From Bryobacterales bacterium (GTDB lineage Bacteria; Acidobacteriota; Terriglobia; Bryobacterales; UBA6623), in contig CBDCYS010000026.1 in NCBI GenBank assembly GCA_965224215.1, positions 43,596 to 107,595 on the forward strand: DNA of 64,000 nucleotides, in the 5' to 3' direction. The first letter of the stretch is position 1. The number at the start of each line of letters is the position of its first letter. Below are positions 53,678 through 63,400 of the stretch, piece after piece. A program made the position numbers and the translations under genes. The notes beneath the pieces were generated by a model. That model was not told where the DNA came from. It did not search any database and saw only the letters and a program-made list of their open reading frames with translations.

Positions 53678-54388
53678 TCAGTCCGTCCAGCTCATGCGCC
53701 TGGCGAACCTGCGGCGGGATTTCGCTAGATCCGCCGACCTCTGCCAGCTCCATTCACCGAACGCATCGCTTGCGGCGACCAGGAAGGGCTCGCGTCGCGG
53801 CTCGCTGTCGATTTGTCCCAGGCCGTCCGCATTCCCGAGCAGGACGGATTGCTTCCTGCGAACCTCGTAGATCTGTCGGCCGCTCTGGATGGTCGCGATG
53901 CCACGATGGACCGTCAACTGCAGGCCCGCAAGCGGGTGGCCGCAGTCAAAGCGGTAGATGCCCTTGCCCGGCAGTTGCACCTCGGTTTGTCCGCAGACGA
54001 CGGACAGCGGGCCGACCTGCTCCTCACCGGAATGCCCCATGACTTGGATGACTGCGGAGCCTCGCCCGAGTCGCACCCTCAGATTCAACAGGTCATCGGA
54101 TAGAAACTCCAGCTCGCTTTGTTTGCCCATCCACAGCAGCGCCCGTGGACTCAATAGCAACTCCGCACGCCCATCGGCGACACGAAAGCGCTGGCCCGAT
54201 TTTAGGGTGGCGAACTGAGAGGGCTCAAAGTTCAGTTGGTCTTCATCCAGGAACACCTGGCCCTCCGAGTAGAGCAGCAAACCGGGCGTTGTGGAAATCG
54301 CAACCTGCGCGAACGCCGCGGAAACTGACCATGTCATCCAAAGTGCGATCAACAGCATCATCCGCTTAGTCACCCGAGTAGTCGCCAA
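53678..54388 (-). CDS. FecR-domain-like secreted protein
   Basis: Signal peptide, then a beta-rich FecR-like core (GRAELLLSPRALLWMGKQSELEF...GSAVIQV). Weak motif-level call. Confidence 0.5.
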   Translation of the reverse strand: MATTRVTKRMMLLIALWMTWSVSAAFAQVAISTTPGLLLYSEGQVFLDEDQLNFEPSQFATLKSGQRFRVADGRAELLLSPRALLWMGKQSELEFLSDDLLNLRVRLGRGSAVIQVMGHSGEEQVGPLSVVCGQTEVQLPGKGIYRFDCGHPLAGLQLTVHRGIATIQSGRQIYEVRRKQSVLLGNADGLGQIDSEPRREPFLVAASDAFGEWSWQRSADLAKSRRRFARRMSWTD

Positions 54389-54636
54389 GTCGTAGCCCTC
54401 CTGGTCCGCTATTCGTGATACCTTAATAAGTCTGGTGTGCGCAATGGCTCAATCGATCTAGTACTTTTTCGAGGCACCCCATGAACAGAGTCCATTCAGT
54501 AAATCCACCATACCCTGACGTTGCCAATCCTTCGCTGAGTTCAAGTCTGGAATAGCTTCACATCAGGAGATTGCCCTCCCGGTTTTTGTTGTACGGGTGT
54601 GGTGTAGGGTGAACCAAAGCTAAGGGTTAGAAGCAT

Positions 54637-55299
54637 ATGGCTGATCTGTTGATTCTCGGGCATCGAGGGGCGGCTACGCTGCCTGAAAACACCATCCCTA
54701 GTTTCGAGAAAGCTCTAGAACTTGGAGCGGATGGAGTCGAGCTTGACGTGCGCCAGACGGCGGACGGCCAGCTCGCGGTGATTCACGGGTTGGTTGTTGG
54801 ACCTCACTCCGTTCAAGGGAGTACGTATCAGAAGATCCGGAAGCTGAAGAAGGGCTTCGAAGTGCCATTACTGGAGGATGTTCTCAAGATCTTCGGCAAA
54901 AAAACTTTCCTTGACATCGAACTAAAGACCCAAGGGTTCGAAGAACAAGCAGTGGATTTGATTCGCGAGCACGCCGATCCCGCCAAGGTGCTTGTCACGG
55001 CCTTCTACCCTGAAGCGTTATCGAAAGTGAAGGGCCTCTTCCCGGAAATCCGGCTCGGCTATATCTACAACCGCACGCAGGATGAAGAATCACGTCACAA
55101 CTGTCCAGTGGATGTGGTGATCCCGCAGTTTCGCCTCGCCTCGCGCGAGCTGATTGAGGAAGTGCATGAAGAGGGCCTGACTGTGATTCCGTGGACGGTC
55201 AACGACGACCGCGAGATCACCCGTCTGCTGGGGCTGGGCGTGGACGGGTTTATCACCGACTACCCGGAGAAGGTTGTCGCGCTAACCCGCGACAAATAG
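54637..55299 (+). CDS. Glycerophosphodiester phosphodiesterase
   Basis: LGHRGA...ENTIPSFEKALELGADGVELDVRQTADGQLAVIHG and the C-terminal WTVND...GVDGFITDYP. Confidence 0.9.
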   Translation: MADLLILGHRGAATLPENTIPSFEKALELGADGVELDVRQTADGQLAVIHGLVVGPHSVQGSTYQKIRKLKKGFEVPLLEDVLKIFGKKTFLDIELKTQGFEEQAVDLIREHADPAKVLVTAFYPEALSKVKGLFPEIRLGYIYNRTQDEESRHNCPVDVVIPQFRLASRELIEEVHEEGLTVIPWTVNDDREITRLLGLGVDGFITDYPEKVVALTRDK

Positions 55300-55340
55300 C
55301 CCGACAAATAGCCAACCATCAGCGACCACCCGCGAGGTGG

Positions 55341-55808
55341 CTACTTCCGTATACGGACGCTCACCTCGTTCACGACCTGCTTCACTCCCTTGATCTTCTT
55401 GACGACCCTCCCTACGCGGAGCCGCATCTTTTCGGTTTCCACAGTTCCAGAAAGCGTCACGGCTCCATCCTTGACAGCAACATTTACTGCGTTGGTTTTG
55501 AGCTGACGGTCGTTGACGATCTTACGAATCACGCGATCGTAGAGCAGGTCGTCCGGGTCCTCATCCTGGGCTGCTGCAGGTGCGGACACCGCGAGCATGA
55601 GACACACTATCAGAACCGCATAGCGCGACCATTGTGGCACGTCAATCGACGGTTGGCGGTCAGCAGATTCGCGAACTTGCGAAGCTCGGTGAGTCAATCG
55701 CATATGATTATTTTCGCACTCTTCCAAAGGATTGGTGTAGGGATCCGGAATCCGGAGCGGACCTCTTGTCGAACGCTTCGGATTAAGCCCCCGGCCAACT
55801 CCAATCAT
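55341..55808 (-). CDS. BON-domain protein
   Basis: The C-terminal 70 aa (VNVAVKDGAVTLSGTVETEKMRLRVGRVVKKIKGVKQVVNEVSV) form a BON domain. The true start may be ATG 55703. Confidence 0.7.
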   Translation of the reverse strand: MIGVGRGLNPKRSTRGPLRIPDPYTNPLEECENNHMRLTHRASQVRESADRQPSIDVPQWSRYAVLIVCLMLAVSAPAAAQDEDPDDLLYDRVIRKIVNDRQLKTNAVNVAVKDGAVTLSGTVETEKMRLRVGRVVKKIKGVKQVVNEVSVRIRK

Positions 55809-55815
55809 GCCGACG

Positions 55816-56760
55816 CTAGCTGGGCCGGTCCGCGTCGTCAGCGCCTAGCAAACGGTGAAAGTCGAGCGACTGAACAAACGCGGGTTGATCTCTCCACTTT
55901 GGCTGAACCTTGACGAACAGCTCCAGAAATACCTTCCTGCCAAAACTGATTTCAAGTTGTTCACGGGCGAATGTGCCGATCTGTTTGAGCTTTTCCCCGC
56001 CGGCTCCGATCATGATGCCCTTCTGGCCGGCTCGCTCAACGTAAATGGTCGCGCTGATGCACAACATAAGAATGCTCTTCCTGTTGGCAGAACGAGCTGA
56101 AGTCTCTTCTTCCCACTTCTCAATCAAGACCGCAATGGAATGCGGCACTTCCTGTTGCGTTTGCTTGATGACTTGCTCGCGAATCAATTCTGCTGCCAGA
56201 AACCGTTCCGGTTGATCCGTGATGTAGTCTTCATCGTAGAAAGGATGCGCTTCCGGCAGGCGCTCAAAGATCAGCTTCAGCAACAAATCCGTATTCTGGC
56301 CACGCCGCGCGGAGATGGGCACAAACTCGTCGAAGGCGCCCTGCTCGCGATAGCGTTCGATGTGGGGCAGCAGAGGAAGCTTCGACTTCAGCAGATCGAT
56401 CTTGTTCAGCACCAGCAGCGCCGGCACTTGCAGCCCTTGCGCCAGCTCCATGGCTGCTTTGTCCCCGCGATGAAACGGGGCGCCCGCATCCACAACAACC
56501 ACGGCGAGATGGCAGCCCGATGCCGCCCTTTGGACTTCCCGCATCATGTGCTTGCCCAGTTCCTGGCGCGGCTCGTGGATTCCCGGGCTGTCCACGAAGA
56601 CAATCTGCCCTTCCTCGCGCGTGACTACACCCTGAATAGCATCTCGCGTGGTTTGAGGCCGGTGCGTGACGATCGCGACCTTCGAGCCGACGAGCGCATT
56701 GAGCAGCGTTGACTTGCCGACGTTGGGCCGTCCCAAAATCACTACGAAACCCGACTTCAC
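55816..56760 (-). CDS. era: GTPase Era
   Basis: GRPNVGKSTLLNALVG, DSPGIH, LNKIDL, and a C-terminal KH domain. Confidence 0.95.
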   Translation of the reverse strand: MKSGFVVILGRPNVGKSTLLNALVGSKVAIVTHRPQTTRDAIQGVVTREEGQIVFVDSPGIHEPRQELGKHMMREVQRAASGCHLAVVVVDAGAPFHRGDKAAMELAQGLQVPALLVLNKIDLLKSKLPLLPHIERYREQGAFDEFVPISARRGQNTDLLLKLIFERLPEAHPFYDEDYITDQPERFLAAELIREQVIKQTQQEVPHSIAVLIEKWEEETSARSANRKSILMLCISATIYVERAGQKGIMIGAGGEKLKQIGTFAREQLEISFGRKVFLELFVKVQPKWRDQPAFVQSLDFHRLLGADDADRPS

Positions 56761-58079
56761 GTTTTCTCCTGGCGGTCTTGGGTTGCTTGGTTTTGTACCG
56801 CCGAAGCGGCTGGTGTTTCAGTGGCAGTCCCATCCGGGATACGCTGTACGCGGACACTGGAAATGCGTTTTTGATCGCCGGCAAGCACTTCGATCTGGAT
56901 CCCGTCGAGCTGGGTTTTCGCTCCCACTGCCGGGACCTGGCCGAGCTGTTCGCAAATCAGGCCGCCAATCGTTGTCGATTCGAAATTGTCGGCGGGACGA
57001 AAGCCGACCAGATCTTCGAGCCGGTCGAGGTCCAGGTTCCCGTCGACGATGAAGGAGTGGTCGGGCTGCTCGACTACGTCGCCTGTGGAATCCGACTCAT
57101 CGTGAATCTCGCCGACAATTTCCTCCATTAAGTCTTCCATTGTGACCAAGCCAGCGGTGTGGCCGTATTCATCAATCACGATCGACATCTGGGTGTTGCT
57201 GTCCTGCATTTCTCGCAACAGTTCGTTGATCGGCTTCGTCTCCGGCACCAAGGCGATCGGCCGGCTCAACTCCCTCACGCGCATGGTCCGGGTTTGCGAC
57301 GGGTCAATGTCGAGAGTATCCCGAGTGTGAACAAGGCCCTTGATATTGTCGATCGTCCCTTTGTAAACCGGGACGCGAGAGTACTCATTGTCAATGAGCA
57401 GCTTTCTGAGTTCCTCGACGGTACGATTCTCTTCGATGGCCAACACCCGTGGCCGCGGCGTCACCACCTCGCGCACCGTCTTGTCGCCGAACTCGACCAC
57501 GGACTGTATCAGCTTGCGGTCTTCCTGCCCGATCAGACCCTCTTCTTCGCCGGCATCCAGGAGCGCCTCGATGTCTTCGGTTGTGGTCGAGACGCCATTG
57601 GTCTGAGGTTCTTCGACCCCCAGCTCGGCTACCGAGGAGGCGAATCTCACCAGCGTGAAGAATGGCTGAACCGCCAACCCCGCGAATCGCATGAATAGGC
57701 TCAACGGAGCGAACCACTCTCCGGTTGTTCGGGCGACCAGAATCGCCGGCAACATTTCGGCAAACAGCAGCATTGCCGTCAGCGTCAGGACCAAAGGTTC
57801 CACGAAAGCCAGGTCGTTGTGAGGCGAGACTAGCGTCAGCATCACCAAATCCAGCGCCAGAAGAATCAGCGCCACCTGGCGCAACAATGCGTATCGAGCC
57901 AGCCCTTCCGCATTGTCAAATTTCAGGACCGGCCGAATGTACTGCTCGAAGTGCTTCAGTGATACCGTGTTGCCGCGCGGGCGAAACCTCAGCGACTGCA
58001 CGTAGAGCAGGTGGAGGTAGGAGGCCAACACGATCACGCCGCAAAGAACGATAGCGAGGATGATTTCGGCGATCGTCAC
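56757..58079 (-). CDS. CNNM/DUF21 - CBS pair - CorC_HlyC hemolysin-family protein
   Basis: Four N-terminal TM helices, a CBS pair (VREVVTPRPRV...VYKGTIDNIKGLV...), and a CorC_HlyC C-terminus. 4-nt overlaps with both neighbours. Confidence 0.9.
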   Translation of the reverse strand: MTIAEIILAIVLCGVIVLASYLHLLYVQSLRFRPRGNTVSLKHFEQYIRPVLKFDNAEGLARYALLRQVALILLALDLVMLTLVSPHNDLAFVEPLVLTLTAMLLFAEMLPAILVARTTGEWFAPLSLFMRFAGLAVQPFFTLVRFASSVAELGVEEPQTNGVSTTTEDIEALLDAGEEEGLIGQEDRKLIQSVVEFGDKTVREVVTPRPRVLAIEENRTVEELRKLLIDNEYSRVPVYKGTIDNIKGLVHTRDTLDIDPSQTRTMRVRELSRPIALVPETKPINELLREMQDSNTQMSIVIDEYGHTAGLVTMEDLMEEIVGEIHDESDSTGDVVEQPDHSFIVDGNLDLDRLEDLVGFRPADNFESTTIGGLICEQLGQVPAVGAKTQLDGIQIEVLAGDQKRISSVRVQRIPDGTATETPAASAVQNQATQDRQEKT

Positions 58080-58531
58080 TGCTCGACCCGTTCGACGACT
58101 CCTGCAGGCAGGCCGAATTTCCGCCGCCAGCGCGCCTCGGCACGCCGCATACGTCCGTTGTCTGTTTCGTGATCGTACCCGAGAAGATGCAGAACGCCGT
58201 GTAGCACCAGCACCTTGAACTCATCTTCGATTCGATGATCAAACCGTTCCGCCTGCCGTTGAGCTCGCCCGGCCGAGATGAGAATGTCTCCAAGACGTCC
58301 GTCGTCCCCGTCGGGAAACGAAAGTACGTCCGTCGTTGCGCGCTTTCCGAGATAGGCGCGGTTGGCACGCCGCAGAGCGTCGTCCGAGCCGACGACGACG
58401 GCAAACTCGCGGCCGCGGGCAACTTCTCTCCAAAGCTGCTGGAGAAAAGTGCGAAATTCGTTCTCGTCGAAGCGAATCTTGCGCTGACGATTGAGGTACC
58501 AAGGAGGGTCGTCGCTGTTTTTATCCGGCAT
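58076..58531 (-). CDS. ybeY: rRNA maturation endoribonuclease YbeY
   Basis: HGVLHLLGYDH zinc motif. Start taken at ATG 58531; the listed ORF extends to 58606. Confidence 0.9.
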   Translation of the reverse strand: MPDKNSDDPPWYLNRQRKIRFDENEFRTFLQQLWREVARGREFAVVVGSDDALRRANRAYLGKRATTDVLSFPDGDDGRLGDILISAGRAQRQAERFDHRIEDEFKVLVLHGVLHLLGYDHETDNGRMRRAEARWRRKFGLPAGVVERVEQ

Positions 58532-59684
58532 TGTTGTTTTCCGGACCGCCGTCTTTTGCACAGCCACTGTCCGGATCTGGGGGAGACGCTGCCCCTGAGT
58601 TTTCACTATCGGGGAGCTTCACATTTTCTTTCAGAGCCACGGATTCTGGCGGAACCACATCATCTTGCGCAGCCACATCTTCCGCCGGAGCCTCGGTTCC
58701 CTGGGGAGCCACGGGGCTATCCCCGGCCGCTTCAAGGCGGACGTTGTCATAGTTTTCGTAGGCCTTTACGATGCGTTGTACCAGGCCGTGGCGCACAACG
58801 TCCTTTTCATTAAAGTAGACGAAGGAGATGCCCTGGACCCCGCCCAACACGTCGATCACCTCAACGAGGCCGCTACGCCGGCCGGCCGGCAAGTCGATCT
58901 GGGTGACGTCGCCGGTGATGACGGCTTTCGAGCCAAAGCCCAGCCGGGTGATGAACATCTTCATTTGTTCCGACGTTGCGTTTTGGCCTTCGTCGAGGAT
59001 GATGAAGCTTTCGTTCAGCGACCGGCCCCGCATGAATGCCAGTGGAGCGATCTCGATCAGCCCTTTTTCAAGCAGCCTCTCCACCCGGTCGTGGTCGAGC
59101 ATGTCGTAAAGCGCATCGTAGAGTGGCCGCAGATAGGGATCGATCTTTTGCTGCAGGGTGCCGGGGAGGAACCCCAGCTGCTCGCCCGCCTCGACCGCCG
59201 GCCGCGCCAGAACAATGCGGCGAACCTTCTTGTTGAGAAACTCCGACACGGCCATCGCGACGGCCAGATAAGTCTTTCCGGTGCCGGCCGGGCCGATTCC
59301 GAAAACCATGTCGCAACGCTCCATGGCTTCGAAGTAGCGCATCTGATTGATACTGCGAGGAGCGAGAGCCTTCTGGCCAAAATTGCGTTGGCGGCTGCTC
59401 AAAACGAGGCTTCGCAGCGTCAGGTCAGGATCAGAAGCCACTACCTTCAGGAAGTCCGCAATGTCTCCGTTGCTGAATCGATGGCCCTGATAGAGAAGAA
59501 ACTCATAGTCTGCGAGGATGCCTTGGACGCGCCGCACGGGAGCTGGCTCGCCTTCGATTTCGAGGCTATCTTCCAGCAATTGAGTGGTCACGCCCAGCGA
59601 CTCTTCAAGAAAGCGGATATTTTCGTCACGAGTGCCGAACAGAGGTCCGATGCCGTCAATAATGGGAATTCGCGTTTTTGTCAA
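58521..59684 (-). CDS. phoH: PhoH-family ATPase with Ala/Pro/Asp-rich C-terminal extension
   Basis: Walker A GPAGTGKTYLAV and FIILDEGQN. TTG start. Confidence 0.92.
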   Translation of the reverse strand: MTKTRIPIIDGIGPLFGTRDENIRFLEESLGVTTQLLEDSLEIEGEPAPVRRVQGILADYEFLLYQGHRFSNGDIADFLKVVASDPDLTLRSLVLSSRQRNFGQKALAPRSINQMRYFEAMERCDMVFGIGPAGTGKTYLAVAMAVSEFLNKKVRRIVLARPAVEAGEQLGFLPGTLQQKIDPYLRPLYDALYDMLDHDRVERLLEKGLIEIAPLAFMRGRSLNESFIILDEGQNATSEQMKMFITRLGFGSKAVITGDVTQIDLPAGRRSGLVEVIDVLGGVQGISFVYFNEKDVVRHGLVQRIVKAYENYDNVRLEAAGDSPVAPQGTEAPAEDVAAQDDVVPPESVALKENVKLPDSENSGAASPPDPDSGCAKDGGPENNNAG

Positions 59685-60330
59685 CTTAGACAGTCATGGC
59701 CTCCCTTTTCAGTGGGATGGGGCAGGCACTGCTGCCGGCCCCGGAGCTGGGGCGCACCCAATTGCGGCGAACCCAATTGAAGATGAAGACCCTTGGATCT
59801 TCGACAGGGCGGTTAACCCTGAGCCGGGAATAACCGGGGAGAGCCCACCGTCCGCGCAAACTCCCGTCCTTCGTCGCAGCCGCAGACACCCTGGCTGCCA
59901 ACGAAGTTGAGAACGCCCCAGGAAAAACCCCGATCCCCGGCGCCGCTGTTGCTCGCGACTCCGTCGTCAGCGTCTGCACGCTGCCGACAGATAGCAAGCC
60001 CATCCGAGGCAGGTCACTCGGAGGCGCGCGCGGATCATCCATCTCTAAGTCGAATATAGCCAAGGACCGGCGGCAAGTCAATTGGGGATTCCATCTACTT
60101 TTCCGTGATGCCGGTGCCGCTATGTTCTCAAATCCTTCCTCCCTGGGCAGACTCCGCATTGCAGGTCCGCTTGGTTGGAGCTACAAGCGCATGAGAAAAA
60201 GCACCAAAGCACTATACTGGCGGCTGTAGGTTTCAGCGAAGTTCAGGAGGGGCCGAAAGCGGCAATCTTATCTCACCGGCGTAGTGGGCGATAGCCGAGA
60301 GGGTACGCCCTGGGTGGGTTGCCGAAGCTC

Positions 60331-60358
60331 GGCTTGTGTGAGTACGGCTCGTGTGAGT
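60331..60358. promoter_or_regulatory. Direct repeat GGCT(T/C)GTGTGAGT x2, 15-bp period, upstream of the receptor gene
   Basis: Copies at 60331..60343 and 60346..60358, ~55 nt before ATG 60413. Confidence 0.2.
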
Positions 60359-60412
60359 TAGGCGTTTGTAGAGGAAGCAGCACCGCAGCACAGTCTCTTC
60401 CCGACAAGAACC

Positions 60413-63400
60413 ATGCGATTCACGATCTTTCGTCACGCACTGGCGGCGCTTCTGTTAACAGCGGGAGCGTACGCTCAGCAGCTGACCGGCACTTTGGAAG
60501 GTACCGTTGCCGACCAACAGGAAGCAGTGATCCCGGACGCTTCTGTGACCGCTGTCCACAACGAAACCAATTCGCAGTACACGAGCCGCACGAATGGCGC
60601 GGGGCGCTTTCGAATTCCGAATGCCAGGCTCGGCACCTACACGGTTACGACAGAGTTGCAGGGCTTCAAGCGCTCGATCGTGACTGGGGTGCGGGTGGAG
60701 GTTGGAAGCACCTCGAGTTTGACGATTCAGCTCGAGCTAGGTGAGGTGGTCTTCGAGGTGACGGTCACAGCGGAAGCGGCTCAAGCTGTCATCAACACCT
60801 TAGACGCAGAGCTGAGCACGACGGTCGATAACCGTCGCGTGCTGGAGCTTCCACTCAACGGACGAAACGCCGCCGAGCTGGCTATGCAGCAGGCGGGCGT
60901 TTACTACGAGCGAAGCCCCAATGGACAGGGTGACAAGTTTTTCGTCCACGGCCAAAGGCACGGCTCGATCCAGATTACGCTCGACGGAATCGACACGCAG
61001 GATAACTACATTAAGACCTCCACGATCATGATTGACCAGCCGTTGCTGGCGTTGGCCGCGGAAAATGTGCAGGAGTTCAAGGTCGTCACCGGTATCGCGT
61101 CGGCCGAGTACAGCCGTGGCGGCGCGCAAATCAGCGCCGTCACGCGCTCGGGCGGCAACCAGTTCCACGGGTCGCTGTTCGCCTTCAACCGCAACGACGT
61201 TTTCAGCGCCAACGACTCCTTCAACAACAGCTCGGGCGTGGACACGCCGCAGCTCAACCGCAACCAGTTCGGCGGACGTATCGGCGGGCCGATTAAGCGT
61301 GACAGAACCTTCTTCTACCTCGGCTACCAGCAGACCCGCCGGGCCAAGGGCGTTTCCATCAACCGCACCGTCTACACCGCCGAGGCAAGGCAGGGGATTT
61401 TCCGCTACCTCGATGGGCTTCAGAACACGCCGGCGAACGTCGCGGCCAATCCAGACGGCATCCACTCGGTCAATCTGCTCGGATGCAACCCAACGGTTTC
61501 GGCGGCCTTGGGGCGCGACTGCTTCGACCAGCGATTCGACGGAATGAACCCGGCCTCACTTGATCCGTTCATTTCGGGCACTGTTTTCGGCGCCATCCCG
61601 CTCCCCAACAATTTCGACAGCGGGGACGGCCTCAACACCGGCGGGTTCCGCTTTAACGCCAGGTCCTTCACGGTTGAGCATCTGCCGAGCGTGAGGCTCG
61701 ACCACCGCATCGCCGACAAGCACAACTTTTACACCACGCTCAATTATGTTGACCGCGAGATCCGGGGAGACTTTATCAACAACCGCCTGCCGGTTTACCC
61801 CAGCCTGGACTCGCTCGGTGACCGCGTGACTCACTCCAAGGGCTTCTCGGCCGCGCTCACCTCGGCCTTCACGCCGGCGCTCGTCAACGAAGCGCGCTTC
61901 GGATTTCTCGGCGGTGAGAATGCGTTCTTGATCAACCAGCCGTTCGACACCCCGTTTACGCTTGACTTGAACACGATCACGGACCCCTACGACTGGGACG
62001 ACAATGACGACGTCCGTGACAACCGCACCGTGCACCTGCGCAATGTCACGAGCTGGGTCAAAGGGAATCACCAGTTGAAGTTCGGCGTCGAATGGCGAGA
62101 GCGTTTCGTGGACCGGTACGACTTTGACCGCGTCAACGCGTTCGGCGCCATTAGCTTTGACGACAACGACGCGCCCGATGCTTTTTCCACCGGCGACCTA
62201 AATTCGCTCAGCGGTGCCGGCCGCATCCACTCGACCAACGCCGAGACGGCACGCGACTTGGTCAACAACCTCACCGGGTCCGTCGGGGAAGTCTTCCAAA
62301 ACTACAATGTGCAAACACTCGACTCGGGGTTTGTTCCCTTCTTCCCGGAGCGCCGCACATTCAAGAACCACGAGTTTGACTGGTTCATCAACGATCAGTG
62401 GCAACTCAAGCCGAACTTCACGCTCAACCTGGGAGTGCGCTGGGAGTACGCCACGGTTCCCTTCGCGGCCAACGGTTTGGCGCTGGCGCCCGAGGGCGGC
62501 CTCGACGCCCCTTTCGGCATCTCGGGCCCGCAAGGATTCTTCAAGCCGGGAACCTTCAACGGCAGGCCCTGCAGCGAGCTAGACGCCCTGCCCGTGGACA
62601 AGACCCGCAGCAACGCGATTGCCCTGATCCAGGGCTGCGCCACCCAATATTTTCCGGCCACTTCTTCAAACGGACGGCCCCTTTGGAACGACGATTTCAA
62701 CAACGTCGGCCCGGTCGTCAGCATCGCCTGGGATCCGTTCCGCGATGGCAAGACCTCGATCCGCGCCGGCTTCCGAATCAGCTACATCCAGGATGCTTTC
62801 GCGCTGGTCGGAGCCAATCTCGACGACAACGAGGGTCTCGAAGTGCGGCAGTCGTGCGTTACCTCGGAGGACGAATGTCTCGCCAACCCGCAGCTGCTGC
62901 GTGACGTGCTGGGCGGGCCCCCCCCGGTACCGGCCGCCCCGGAGTTTCAGTTGCCGGCTTCCCGGTCGTTTCTCGACAGCACGGCCATCGACTTCCGCGC
63001 TTTCGACCCTGACATTGGAACGTCCTACTACAACGAGTGGACCTTCGGGATCTCGCGCGAGATCTTCGACAACTGGGCCTTCGAGGCACGTTACATCGGC
63101 AACCGCGGCGTCGCGCTGCGCCGCATGGCGGACTTCAACGAGATCAACGTGGAAGCGTTGGATCCGGTCACCGGGCAGACTTTCCGCGACGCGTTTATCA
63201 CAGCGCAGGGAAACCTCGACTGTAACCGGCGCAGCGGCGAGGGAAACACTTTTCTCGACACTACCGGAGCTCCGTGTATTGTTCCCAACCCTCTCATGGC
63301 AGCTCTTACCCGCAACGACGCCTCACGTCTGGCCGGGTCACGCGGGCGGCCCAGTCTGCGAACGGCGCTCGAACTCAACCAGACCGGTGAGTTCGTCTAC

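Noticed and set aside
59686-60159. 157-aa ORF ending at the phoH start
   Set aside because: Random-looking Arg/Ser/Pro-rich sequence with no motif and no ribosome-binding site. Treated as non-coding leader or promoter DNA.
60200-60412. Possible cobalamin or TPP riboswitch in front of the TonB-receptor-like gene
   Set aside because: I looked for the B12 box and GCCACTG, and for the TPP CTGAGA / ACCTGATCTGGATAATGCCAGCG cores, on the sense strand. I found neither. The region remains unassigned pending an Infernal scan.
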